NCBI RefSeq assembly: GCF_964355755.1
Contig: NC_092674.1
Span: 22,382,001-22,446,000, forward strand
Direction: 5' to 3'
Length of the DNA stretch: 64,000 nucleotides
DNA from: Antedon mediterranea
Lineage: Eukaryota > Animalia > Echinodermata
Part shown: positions 26,810 through 39,989 of the stretch, piece by piece
Numbering within the stretch: the stretch's first letter is position 1
How the letters are laid out: the number at the start of each line of letters is the position of its first letter
Translations under genes and position numbers: made by a program
Notes under the pieces: model-generated
Told to the model about the DNA's origin: nothing
Database searches by the model: none
What the model saw: only the letters and a program-made list of their open reading frames with translations

Positions 26810-28200
26810 AATGAATGAAAAAATCGGGTAAAAATTGCCAAATTTCTACCATTTGCTTTTTTTGTCATAATTGGGTACTATATCATAATTTACATGCGCA
26901 AACGGACACAATGTGTTCTGCGCATGTTACTTCAACATATTTTAAAAAGTCATATTTTGGGAAATATTTGGAAAAATCTCTGTACTATATAGTACAGGAA
27001 CATTTTCTACAAATGGCAAAATTTTGACCCATTGCTTTTTTGACATAATTAGTCACTATATCATAATTTACATGCGCAGACGCACATAATGTGTTCTGTG
27101 CATGTTACCTCAACATATTTTAAAAAGTCACATTTTAACAATTTCCGAAAAAAATCCGGTAAAAATTGCTTATTTTCCACCCTTTGCTTTTTTGTCATAA
27201 TTGGGTATTATATCAATTTACATGTGCAAATACACATAATGTGTTCTGCGCATGTTACTTCAACATATTTTAAAAAGTCATATTTTGGGCAATATTTGAA
27301 CAAATCTCTGTACTATATAGTACAGGAACATTTTCTACAAATGGCAAAATTTGACCCATTGCTTTTTTGACATAATTAGTTACTATATCATAATTTACAT
27401 GCGCAAACGCACATAATGTGTTCTGCGCATGTTACTTTAACATATTTTAAAAAGTCATATTTTGGGCAATATTCGGAAAAATCTCTGTACTATAGTACAG
27501 GAAAATTTTCGAAAAATGGTCAAATTTCGACCCTTTGCTTTTTTGTCATAATTGGTTACTATTATAATTTACATTCGCAGACGCACATAATGTGTTCTGC
27601 GCATGTTACCTTAACATATTTTAAAAAGTCATATTTTTGGCAATTTTCGGGAAATACCTGTACTATAGTACAGGAAAATTTTCGAAAAATGACCAAATTT
27701 CGACCCTTTGCTTTTTTGTCATAATTGGGTTCTATATAAATTTACATGCGCAAACGCACATAATGTGTTCTGCGCATGTTACTTCAACATATTTTAAAAA
27801 GTCATATTTTTGGCAATTTTCGGGAAAATCTCTGTACTATAGTACAGGAACATTTTCGAAAAATGACCAAATTTCGACCATTTGCTTTTTTTGATATAAT
27901 TGGCTACTATATCATACTCAGCATATTTTAAAAGTCATGTTTGGGTAATTTTCGAAAAAATCCCTGTACTTATAGTAGAGAAAAATTTTCATAAAATGGC
28001 CAAATTTCGACCCTTTGCTTTTTTGTCATAATTGGTTACTTTATCATAATTTACATGCGCAGAGGCACATAACGTGTTCTGCGCATGTTACCTTAACATA
28101 TTTAAAAATGTCACATTTTGGCAAATTTCTTTAAAAAATCCGTTAAAAATGGCTACCCTTTGCTTTTTTTTGGTCATAATTGGCTACTATACCATAGTTC
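26810..28200. repeat. Tandem array (satellite-like), ~150-178 bp unit, ~8 copies
   Basis: atgtgttctgcgcatgttac recurs at 26911, 27089, 27239, 27416, 27590, 27763 and ~28073. Confidence 0.95.
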
Positions 28201-28439
28201 TAGCAACAATATTTTTTAAAACTTTCTTAGATCCACCCCAATTAAGGTTGTCTGGTCCTGTAGACTTATAATTAATTCCGTTCATATTTCAATGTATAAT
28301 GCAATTTTCGGGGACTCTATATTAAAAATTGTCACAGAAGGAGGTTATTTTTTTTGCATTTTCAATTTTCCCATTTTTTTTGTAAATTCCCTGTATTATT
28401 TGTTTTTTATACTGGGTGACAGTAAAAGACTATTACTCC

Positions 28440-28570
28440 CAGAGGGCTGTGGCTGTGTAAACTAGAACAACAGGGTAACCCCATAGTCGTTTCGAAAGAT
28501 GTACAAGACATTGGTGTACACTGGACCCACAGTTTCGTTATACCACCAGAACAAGTGAGTGAGTGTGTGT
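28440..28570 (-). mobile_element. Fragment of the tRNA-derived Deu/Nin-domain SINE family (full copy at 63321)
   Basis: The reverse complement matches gttctggtggta, ggtccagtgtacac, gtacatctttcga..cga and ggggttaccc of the 63321 element. Confidence 0.7.
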
Positions 28571-29021
28571 TGAACTCTTGCTGGTATTATGGATACGTAT
28601 TATGGCTCTTAACAGCTCAACCAATCACTGAATATATACAGAAAGAATTTAATTCCTGTTTTTGATTGTGAAGTATAATACTTTATTATACAGAATATAA
28701 CTTGTTCAGAGAAAAATACCTATATATATATAAAAAACATATAGAAAAATATTTCAAATGTTTAAAACTTAGTAAAGTAGCAGCACATTATTGTTATAAT
28801 TAAACCTATTTTATTCAAATGGTATAAATATAACTGCATATTTTATCCAAAAAAATATAAATGTTTTAATGAATGTTTGGTAACCCATGCATGCCCCACA
28901 TTCTCGTATATTACCAATACAATTCTTCTTCAGCATTATCATATTATTGTAAGACCGATTATCAAATATTATCATCATAATTCATATCAAGGTAATGTAT
29001 GTCCTTTTTGTAAAGATTACT

Positions 29022-32000
29022 TTATTTGTCTGATAAATTTTCTTCCATTTCTTTTCTCATGACATATTTTTTAACTTTACCGGTTACAGTGAGTGGGAAT
29101 GAACTCACAAACTGGATAATGTTTGGTATCTTGAAGTGAGAAATCTAAAGAAAAAAAATTGAAAGTTATACAAACTCTACAAATATCCAAATAAGAGTAA
29201 AAAATGTCTAGAAAACCAGATGTTTAAATCTGTTCTCCACCTTGTAAATGTTTTTCGCGCAAATCCAAAGTTTTACAGAGAAAAAAGCACACAACCCTAT
29301 TCCACTACAAGAGCGATTTTTATATGATGTCTGCTAAGCTTTTCGATCCGCATAAGTGCTCATAACGCATCATAGCTCACTTACTGAGTAGAAACAATTT
29401 GAAGTACCTATTTCGCTGAAGCGAAAAACTCATAGAACTATAATTCGATGCAGAGAGGAAATTGGAAAATGGAAAGACAAATACGCATGCGTATAAGCCG
29501 ACCTTTTCAATTCGCGCGAAAAAAATTCGCTTAGTGGAATAGTGAAAAACAGAATTTGAGTTGTGAAGCAAATAATTAAATTAACAATGTTATTACATCA
29601 ATCTATAGAAAAGTCTGCATTGAATCATTTTACTTGGCCCTCAAATCTTGTCCAAATTGTTTTTCTTGTATTAGAGATACCTACATTTCCTTTACAGAAT
29701 TGTTTAATGTCATCCTCTGTTGCCGTTTCACCAGCCTTTAACTTCACCCAAGCACATACCTCTTCACCCAGTCGTTTGTCAGGTATACCAATGACCTAAA
29801 AAATAGAGATAAGAGAAGATAAGCTAACTATGGTTGAAAACAGTGGCGACAGCAACAAAACACTGTTTTATACTAGATGATTGGAGATTGATTTTGATCT
29901 CCTTTCTCAAACAGTTTAAGCTGAATCTATTTTGCTCTGCTTTTATATCAAGCACTTTTGTTCATGCCTCGCATCAAATCAAACACATACTGTAGATTAT
30001 TAAATCTATATCTAAAGTAATAATAAATGATTTTAGTAAAAAATATCTAATTTTATGCATAAACAAAAAACCTAAAAAGATATTGTATATACTAACCTGT
30101 ACATCTTCTATTTTAGGGTGCTTGTAAAGAAATTGTTCAATCTCTGTTGGATATATATTCTCACCACCTCGTATAATTAGATCCTTTATTCTACCCACAA
30201 TCTTTCCAAATCCATCTTCATCAATAGTAGCCAGATCACTGTGTGTCAAAAATAGTATTACTGTAAATATAGATCTGAGAATGACTGTTTATTTCTTATT
30301 ATATCTGACATATATCACAGATTTCCTCATCGTGTATCTTTATCGTTTCAAATTAATTAATTACATTTCAGTATATATTTGTGTCTGTCAAGTATTTTCC
30401 TTAATAATTTATACTTTACTACATGAAAACATTTTTGTAATGTATTTGTAAATTTACATTTAAAGTTAAGAGTGCCACAGATTAAAAGCTTTGCTTGCTT
30501 GTGGTTATCCTGTTGTTTATATATATTTTTATGAAATTTGTGTGGAAAATAAAGAATCAATCCTTACACCAAGGAGCTACAAATGTATAGTTCCATGCTT
30601 ACATGTTTAGATTTTTGTACATATTAATTTTAAAAAAGGTGTGTTATAAAACAAAAATAATGAATGTTTTGTATTCGTTAAATGGAATATTTCATTGTTG
30701 ACATTTTGACTTCTCTATTTAACCTGGCTCCGTCTCATCAAATAGAGCCATAAATCTTTCAATACATGAATTATTCTCACCATCCAACTCATAAACATAA
30801 ACTCATTTTTAATTCAACACACAGTAAGCCAATTATAGACTAAAAACTTAATTAGTGACACTATTTTGGCCATGAGATGAATCCTGAAGAAGAATCCAGT
30901 TATCACCAACATACCCTGTATGCAGCCATCCATTACCATCAATTGTCTTTTGTGTATTTTTCTCATCTTCCCAATAACCAAGCATTGTTGTGTAGCCACG
31001 GGTACAAAGTTCACCAGATGTGTTGATGGGTAAGACTACACCTGTTTCGGGATCAATCACTTTTACCTGTAAAGACATTACATTATTGAATGTTTGTATG
31101 AAACTAAAGTACTTTCCAGACAGTCTACATTGACCAATCAAGTAAAATATACCAACTATTTAAATGAAAATATTTAAGAATAATATCCTAAAGTGGTTTT
31201 ACTAATACTGTGACAAGTGATTATAGATAGTGGACATGTGGTGGTTGGTAATATTGGTGAAATCTAGGAAACTCTATTCTAATCTCTGCTAGATAAGAAA
31301 TATTGGTTTCCAGAGGCCAATGGAGTCCAATGATAGGATCTTCACTGTGCCCAAATTAAAGCTTCATTCACACTTGTTCTGTTAAATGGAAATAAAGAGA
31401 AGATGGCACTATTCAATTATGTATATCATTTTCCATTGTTTAACAAAACAGTATCATTTTCTGAAGAAGTGTGAATGCAGCTTTAGCCTTCAACTTTCGG
31501 GGTTCAGTGCACAGCAAGTTCAATTCATATTACATGGTTTTGTCATCTCAATACAATTGTACCAGTTCAAACAATATTGACTTATGTTTGTCACAGTTTT
31601 ACCTCATTATGTGGTGATGGCATACCAACAGTGGAGACTCGTTTTTCAATCGGATCATCCATTTCACATTGGAACGTTACAGGACTGGTTTCTGTCAGTC
31701 CATAAGCTATCTAAAAAACAGGCAGAAAGACAGATATTTTACGATTTGAGGACATCTTAAATAAATAAGTGATTTAAGACTACTAACTTATTGAGAGCCA
31801 CAGTTTAAAAATTATTAATTATTTACTTATGTTTATTATTTATTCAACTCTTAATTTCCCAAAAAAATTTGGAATTGGTACCGTAACATCTTTCATGTGC
31901 ATTTTTGTGTTAACTTGCTTCATAGTTTCTATTGGACAGGGTGACCCAGCCATGATACCAGTTGTCAACGATGTCAGGTCATACTGGTCAAAGTTTGGGT

Positions 32001-35000
32001 GATGTAGCACATCAATAAACATAGTTGGCGTACCATACTGCGATGTGCATCTACATAGGAGAAAAAAAAAAAAAAAAATTTATTATTTATTATTTAAAAA
32101 AATCCCTAATATATACTAATACTAATTATACCAACATTTACCACATACCAATGTTACTATACCAATACAAATAACCAATAACTCTACCATGCACATACCA
32201 ATACTACTATATCAACATCTACCACATACCAATGCTATTATACCACCATTCCAACAACTCTACCACATACCAATACTACTATATCAACATCTACCACATA
32301 CCAATGCTATTATACCACCATACCAACAACTCTACCACATATTAATACTACTATATCAAAATCTACCACATACCAATGCTATTATACCACCATACCAACA
32401 ACTCTACCACATACCAATACTACTATATCAACATCTACCACATACCAATGCTATTATACCACCATACCAACAACTCTACCACATACCAATACTACTAAAT
32501 CAACATCTACCACATACCAATGCTATTATACCACCATACCAACAACTCTACCACATACCAATACTACTATATCAACATCTACCACATACCAATGCTATTA
32601 TACCACCATACCAACAACTCTACCACATACCAATGCTACTATATCAAAATCTACCACATACCAATGCTATTACACAACCATACTTACAACATACTCTCTA
32701 CAACACACCAAATGCTACTATACCACCATACCAACATCTTTAACCCCATACACCATCTCAACCAAATACTAGCATCACATACCATTATGCCAATATCCCT
32801 ACCACATACCAACACCTACCATTATGACAATATTTCTACGACGTCATACTAACATCTGTACCACCTACAAACATCACGCACCAGAATTTGGATAAATCTC
32901 TCACCTTTCATTGTGTATGGCTTGAAGCGTTGCTTCTGGTTCAAAGCTAGGAGATGGGAAAACAGTAGTAGCTCCATGGACTGCTGTTGCCAGGCTACCC
33001 AGTACCATTCCAAAGCAGTGATACAAAGGTACAGGCATACTAATCTTGTGATGCTGTAAAAATAAATCATCATTGTTAATCTACAGTATGGTTCCCATAT
33101 AGTTTGGTCACATTTTAAGCTTGGTTCCCACTCTGAACCGCAAGTAATTTGACCACTAATGATGCAATGGATCATCTGGACTGTCGCTTGTGATTGGTTA
33201 ATTTACTTGTGTTGTGCATATGTCATTGCATTGCGTCCAAGTTAGAAACCAAGCTTAATCAATGCTGGTATAAGAAGACTTATTCTAAAAAATCCCAGCT
33301 GCATCACACTTCCCCCTTCACACTCAACATACATTTTGTTATTTTTTTAATGGCTTTTGAATAGTACACTATAATGTAAAAATGTTTTTTTAACATGATT
33401 CAAATTTAGTTTAATTTGTAAATTTGAAATAGTCCTTTTTTTTGGCAGAAATAAATCTGAGATTCTACTTACCTTTAAGTGATAATCGAGTTGTCGACCA
33501 ACTATTAAACTATTGTTTGCTATGTTATGATGACTAAGTGTCACTCCTTTTGGGTTACCAGTTGTTCCCTTTGTAAACAAAATTGTGTTAAAAGACCTCT
33601 ACGATTTTATTGTAAAATGAATGCAGGAGGGGTTAGGGCGAAGGGTGTTAGTAGGGCATAAACATTGTAAATTGCTGAACTTTAATAATTTCACATTCTT
33701 TGAACACTTTATCCACTCCTCTCACTCAACCTCCTTGGATCTGCCTTATCATAAACATGGAGTCATAAAAGGATTTATAATGCAAAGTAGCCATTTATAA
33801 CATTAGCTCCATAGCGAGTGAATTAAGTCATAATAGTTAATACAGATTAAATAACGGGCTTCTGCAAAGAAAATAAAGGATTGAAAAATTAAATAAATTA
33901 ATTAAAACTTAATTATTTTATATAAATTGTAAACTTACAGATGTAAATTGAATGTTGATTGGTTCATCAAATTGCAAACTAGTTCTACATTCTTCAATTA
34001 CTTTAAAGTGTTCAGATGTTCCCATTGAATAGAGGTCATTGAACGTAAATGACCCAGGGAACTCTTCATCACCCATCATGATAATAGATTTCAAACTGGG
34101 AACTCTTGAAGACAAAATAGAAATGTGTATAAGTTAATGTAGAACAATTCCTTTAAATTTTACAGAACTCTTTTGTGTGGCCATTTCAATTAATCTTGAT
34201 TAATTGAATAAAAGTTTACTTTAAAACAGAAGTGTTGACTGTTGACCGTTTATATTCCGCGAATGGAAAGAGTATCATTGTTCAAACTCATAAAAATAAA
34301 AATTTGCATAATAAATCATCTTTCATTATGAATGAATATAGTAATTATAACTACAGACGTTCCAACCCCAAGGTATATTTACCGCCGCCTGGGATGGGCC
34401 TCAGTTTGGGTTGATCAAGGAAAGTCAGAAAATTTGATGCGTTAGTTTCTCATCAATCTCGTGCCATGCGAGTACATTATCGCAAAAAAGCGTTTAGCAG
34501 AATTACGATATTTACCAGAGACATGTTGCACTATTATAGCAACTATGGACAGTAAATATGGATTTACACACCTAATTGGTGACAGTGGCTTAGGCTGATT
34601 TAATCTTCAACCAAAATTCTGGGTGAATTTTCGGAAGACTCCAAAAGAAAACGAAAAGTTGCAACGTTTGTAACAATACAATATATCAAATAATAAGACT
34701 TTACCCTTTACTTTGTAAATCACCAGGGCTAGCTGTTTGTACTTCAGGGCATATTTCATCAAGCATACTAAAATAATCTTGTGTCTTGAAAGATTTAGCT
34801 GAAACTATCGCCTTACAGGAAACCTTTAAAAAAATGATATTTATGGTATACAACATTTTATGTTTTGCAATGCATGTATTGAAAAGGTATGTCAATAATA
34901 ACTAAATTTATTTAGTAAGATGTTTTACCAGACTCTGTCTAACTGTACTGTATAATAATAAAAATAATAGTTCATTCTTATATAGATCACCGAAGTTAAG

Positions 35001-38000
35001 CAACGTTGGGCCCGGTTGCGTTCTGGATGGGAGACCGTCTAGAAATCGTGACGGGTGCTGTATATACTGGAGAGTGATGGTGTAATGGTAATATCGGACT
35101 AGCATGTGATAGGCATGGGTTCGAGGTTATCTGTACCATACTAATTGCATCCCTAGGCAAGATGCTTTACTCTCATTGCCTAATCTGGTAGGCGCTGCGC
35201 TGCACTGCTGGCTGCCGTGGGTCCATGGAGGGCCTAATCAGAATTTCCTCACTGAGGACAAATATTAATACAAAATACAAAAAATACAAAATAGTGCATA
35301 AGTAAGCTCTCAATACTCAATATATTGAGAAACTGAAGAGGTTCGAGTCTCATCCGAGAATTACTTGAAAATTGACTGACAATCTCACCAATTATAACAA
35401 CCATTGTAGTAGTAGTTCAACAACTGATTAAATTTTATTTTACACCATAGCAATACTGTACATTTCTTAATTGCAAGAATCTCGGTTCTTTGGAGAACAA
35501 AAGTATGTATACCCAACAAATCAAATCATCAATTTTATTTATTTTTTCAAAAAATGTTAATTTCATTACCCTTGGGATTGAAAGCATGTTAACCATCAAG
35601 CTACAGGTACAGGGAATTAACTTGGTTTAAAAGCTACCAGGATATAGTTCCAACACGAGTGAGGAATTCTGTTTAATGTTTAAAAAAAGGGAAGATGGAA
35701 AAGGGTTGGGGTTTGGACTACTTTATTTATAACAATTAAAGGAGTTATCCATTATTGTATGAGTATCATACCTTATTTAGAGCATAATTTAACTCGTCAG
35801 TTCTGTATGCTGGATTAATGTTGACTAGTATAGCACCAATACGTGCTGTAGCAAACTGTGTTAGCACCCATTCAATGCTGCTTGGCCCCCATATACCAAC
35901 TCTATCCCCTTTGCTGACACCAATTGCTAAAAACCCTGCAGCAATTTTGTCAACCTGCAATAATAAAATTTAAAACAGATATTAACAATATATTACTTTA
36001 TACCAGTAGGTACTACTATATAAATATTTGTTAAATTTTAGGTTAGGAATATAACATACATAAACTTCCAGTGTACTGTAGCACAGACACACAGACACCA
36101 CACAAACAATGCAAATAATTTGTTCAATCACATATGATCATCCAAACTGCTGCTTGTGATTGGTCAATGTTTTTAAGGGACAGTATCTTTAATAAAAAGT
36201 ATAATAAAAACAATAGATGTCGTAGCACCTACCTCTTCTTTGAAAGTTGCAAAGTTTTTTCGGATACCCTCACGACAGAAAACATAAGCATCTCGTTCAG
36301 GGTAACGTTCTGCAGTCTCCTCCAAAAACTGACCAATCGTCTTTCCTATCAAAGGACCACTACTCGATTTATGTACATAGCTTTCTGTGTATTTTTCTGG
36401 TGATGACCTGTTTAATAATAAAGAATATTATTCATTTATTCATATTTTTATGGGTATTAGGCCTAGATTTTTTTTTATGCCGTGGCTAAAGATACGGTAC
36501 CGTATCCTAACTTCCGTTTACTAAAGGTACGGTAAAATTGCATTACTTCATAATCAGCCAATGGGATGCTGGTACGTGTGTGACGTCATCGTATAAATAC
36601 TTTGAATTTTGTTCATATCGCGTCTGTACTCTGAATGCCTATCGGCGGTGCAAGGCTGCATTGATGTGTGCGTTGATTCTCTGTGACTCAGCCCCGGAGC
36701 AAAACCTAGCAATGTTGAATCCAGAAGTTTAATAACGGGCGACAACGTCGATGCTGTAGTAATAAAGCAAGTTCATGTGGTTGGTGGGCGTTTAAAACAT
36801 GCACTCGATTTCAAATATTATTTCATTATACAACATACAGTAGTATATAATCAGATATGTTGATAGCCAAATTAGAAGTAAAGGAATTATAATTAAATGT
36901 TGGAAATTGTGTTGCGTCTAGTTTATTCGTCCATAGTTTTACTATGAGGGTTTTATTTTTATTCCAAATAGCCTATTTAGGCCTACATTTTTTATTAAAC
37001 TTTGTTTACAGATGGTGACCATAAACAACAAGCAAATGTGGACAATAAAGGGCCCCTCAAATACACATGCAGCTGGCCCCAGCCTGGCACCTCTTTCTAC
37101 ACAAACAAACTCATATAATGAGAATAGTACGTAGCAAAAGTAGGCCTAGGCCTCTTTTGAAACGGTTTTCTGTATTCTAGAATTAAAATCAACATGTTTT
37201 GGCTTTTCAATATTTAACAGACGTAGGCTATACATTTAGTTTTTGTCACACACGACAGCAATAATAGCGATAAATAAAGAAAATGTTAAGCGGTTGATCA
37301 CTGTTTTCGCGATATGAAAAAAAATCCAAAGTCATTATACGATGACGTCATACACGTACCAGCACTCCATTGGCTGATTATGACATACTGCAATTTTACC
37401 TTTAGCAAACAGAAGTTAGGATACGGTACCGTATCATTTAGCCTATTAATCTATAAAAGTATTAACATTTCTAAAAATGGTGGCAGCATTTTAAAAGTAC
37501 ATAGGCCTAGGCCTACATCTTATTTTTTTTTTTTATAATTCATTTAAATTCAATTTGTCCCGAAAGAAGGAAAAAGGGGTCCGAATAATTACACCAAGAC
37601 CAATAATGAATCACAACGAACCCCAACCCAAAACAAAGAACCACAGCAAACCCCAAAAATGAACTACTAACCGCAATCAGTGCGAAGAATTAGCTCAGTG
37701 AACTACATCGGACCCGGGGCTTTCTACTACTAGGGCTTGCCTCCAGCCTAGTAGGCCTCCTACCTAGCCAACCCTAACTAGCTAGGGCCGGGCTAAAAGG
37801 CCTAGGCCTATAGCCTATAGCCTAGCTAGCCTCCATCATAGGCCTACCCTAACCTAGGCCCCAGCTAGGCCTAGATCGCTGGTAATTTAAAGAGCATACC
37901 TTGTTGAATTTGACCGTAACCACAGAGTATTGTAAGAAGAGCATTTTAATAATTTATTGCAGATACGTAAACTAGGACCAAACGACCGGAAACTGACTTG

Positions 38001-38009
38001 ACACGCCAT
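29022..38009 (-). CDS. ACSF2: Medium-chain acyl-CoA ligase ACSF2-like, mitochondrial; 13 exons, 600 aa
   Basis: Exons 38009-37900, 36407-36233, 35954-35772, 34823-34705, 34104-33939, 33568-33473, 33053-32905, 32050-31882, 31710-31603, 31066-30915, 30238-30097, 29795-29685 and 29144-29022 are all GT-AG and join in frame (1803 nt). Motifs: [15 protein letters not shown] (AMP-binding P-loop), [63 protein letters not shown]. The N-terminus is Arg/Ser/Leu-rich and acid-free, like a mitochondrial presequence. Confidence 0.93.
29297..29542. mobile_element. MITE (~245 bp) with TIR ctattccacta...tagtggaatag; related copy at ~57025-57330
   Basis: Terminal inverted repeat seen directly; the internal sequence ctgaagcgaa.aactca..gaacta.aatt...gagagg..attggaaaatggaaa is shared with 57198-57256. 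Confidence 0.7.
32120..32740. repeat. 72 bp minisatellite (~8 copies) in an ACSF2 intron
   Basis: The unit ccacataccaatactactatatcaacatctaccacataccaatgctattataccaccataccaacaactcta repeats, giving a 24-codon period in the ORF track. Confidence 0.95.
34985..35292 (+). mobile_element. Composite SINE: 5S rRNA-derived head, tRNA-derived segment, conserved core and (ATACAAA)n tail
   Basis: 34985-35062 matches the 3' portion of 5S rRNA (gatcaccgaagttaagcaacgttgggcccggtt...tggatgggagaccg...gggtgctgta). A-box tggtgtaatgg at 35078, B-box gggttcga at 35117, core ccctaggcaagatgctttactctcattgcc at ~35151, short-repeat tail at 35268-35292. Confidence 0.75.
36484..37443. mobile_element. Non-autonomous DNA transposon (MITE, ~960 bp) with ~110 bp imperfect TIRs in ACSF2 intron 1
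   Basis: ggctaaagatacggtaccgtatcctaacttc...cagccaatgg..tgctggtacgtgt.tgacgtcatcgtata (36484-36594) is the inverted copy of 37337-37443. No transposase ORF and no clear TSD. Confidence 0.85.
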
Positions 38010-38160
38010 TTTTCATTATATTTTGGCCCCTCTACAATATGATTTGCTGATACTACGTCTCGTCAGATCATGTTAACAGGTCTAACCATCTGATTGGTCG
38101 GTTAAAATTCATCCAGGGCAGCAGCTCCCTCACAGCGCATGCGCGTGTGCATGCGCGTAA
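38005..38160 (-). promoter_or_regulatory. ACSF2 proximal promoter: tandem NRF-1-type sites (GCGCATGCGC 38135-38144; GTGCATGCGC 38147-38156), CCAAT (~38093-38097), YY1-like AAAATGGCG over the start codon
   Basis: Motifs read directly. NRF-1 sites are typical of nuclear genes for mitochondrial proteins. Confidence 0.6.
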
Positions 38161-38822
38161 CTTCATCCAAACTTTTTCGAAAGTACTACTGTTTATCTAT
38201 GGCCTATTAATTATATAAATTACGTATTAAGGGCAAAATTCGCCTAGGCCTATCCTACTTATTAATAATATTTTTAAAAATAATAGGCAACAAATAAACA
38301 TAATTTTCTCCTACTCTTGCCCAATTCAACACACCCGTCTCTCAGTATCTTTCCACGGCTGTGGACTTCTTTACTTAATGGATCAGTTTGTGTTCAACTT
38401 GTATTCCTTCTTGCGTTCTCTTCGATATAACCTGCTCGACGTTTTTCTTCCTTTTTATCTTTAATTATTTTAGGACAAATTTTTTTTATTGACACATTTT
38501 TATGAAATTATAAAAATTTATAAAAGGGGTAGCTGACCAATTTGAGTAACAGCGATGTGTTTTACTTAAGCTGCCCCTGTCCAGCATTTTTTTTATCTCT
38601 TTTATTTTCATTTTATAATTATGGATTGATTTTATGCTGGCCGAATAAATAAACAAACCGAGGACAACACAATTGTATTCATCGTACTAATTTTTTCTGG
38701 AACCGATTGCAGCAGGATATGAAGATGAAATTGCACTTAAATGTCAGTAGTAGGCCTACTGGTCAATTGGCAGCAACAATAATAACCAAGTTTTCCGACT
38801 GTAAATTTTCAATGTAAGCAAA

Positions 38823-39088
38823 GAATATATATCAGAAGAATGATCAACCCGCAATTTTTGCATTGGAAATTTGTATCAATTTTAAAAGTGCATGAGTGCC
38901 CGCGCTGTATACAGACTAATGATGACTTGATTTATATTTTACATGTCACATTAAATAGAATTAAATACATGTATTTTAATATTTAAAAATATGCTTAGAT
39001 TTCACCGACGTATGTAGCGTCCTACCGCATGGAAAATATTAATGTTGCAGGGAGAACTGCAGATTGCTCATTCTTCTGATATATATTC
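38823..39088. mobile_element. Short inverted-repeat element (MITE-like, ~265 bp)
   Basis: gaatatatatcagaagaatgatcaa (38823) pairs with ttgctcattcttctgatatatattc (~39064-39088), 24/25 match. Confidence 0.55.
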
Positions 39089-39989
39089 TTCTGATATATC
39101 CACTGAGTATTATGCAGACTAGGCTGTCAGTGTAGTCAACTCTACATAAAATTGATAGTTTTCAGTGCAGTCAACAATGCATTCATATTCAATCCATTTC
39201 ATTTAGAATTAAAAGGAAGATACTGTACTACTAAAATACATTTTATTACAAAAACCAACGGATATACAAAAATATTATTACAAATATATGTATAAATAGT
39301 ATTACAAAAAATATGTATACAAAATGTTACAAATCAATCATTCATAAACAAAACAATATGATTTTACTAAGTATAATAATTTTCATTAAAAAAACAGATG
39401 CCAAATTTGCATGTGACACCTGTTAAGAAGTATGCATTTGATCATTTGCATATTGTTGACAGTTAAATTAAATAGAGTATCTTTATTTCAGATCTTCAGG
39501 TTTTGTTTCCGTAATTTGAATGTTAAGCTGATATAAGTAATGCATCAAAAAAGTGAATTATGTAACATGCCTGTATCATACCAATACAACAGGTGTTTGT
39601 GTAAATTGAATTGACTTTTTTCACCATTAAATTATTAATTACAGAAACAAATTATTTCATCTGCTAATATCATTACAGAACCCGTTTTTTTAATCAAACA
39701 ATCATTTTGTTGTCTTGTATACAGTATCATAAATTATAAGACAAAAATACAACATATAATTTCAAACCATCACCTCTACAGTAACTAAATATAATTACAT
39801 ATTATATATTTACTTGTATTGTATTCAACATGTTATGAAGATTCAAGTATCAGTTGCGGATACATTGTCAATATAGTAGTTATAATAATTTTATTTTAAA
39901 TACCAAAAAATGAATACTTGTAAATATTGTATATTAAGATAATAATTGATAAAGATACTACCCTGCACCTAATGGTATAATCCTAAAAG

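Noticed and set aside
26815-28271. Series of similar ORFs (MCSAHVTSTYFKKS...) and repeat-spacer-like look
   Set aside because: Products of a ~175 bp tandem repeat with frameshifts between units. Not a protein family and not a CRISPR array: no unique spacers, no cas genes, eukaryotic context.
32189-32852. 184 aa and 110 aa repetitive ORFs ([24 protein letters not shown])n
   Set aside because: A G-poor 72 bp minisatellite in an ACSF2 intron on the opposite strand; the open frames follow from composition and unit length.
34985-35062. 5S rRNA gene
   Set aside because: The 5' ~40 nt are missing, there is no oligo-T terminator, and it is fused to SINE sequence; treated as a SINE head.
36245-36265. 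Possible frameshift in ACSF2 exon 2 at the T6 run
   Set aside because: Recounting gives CGA AAA AAC TTT GCA (RKNFA); the exon is 175 nt and in frame.
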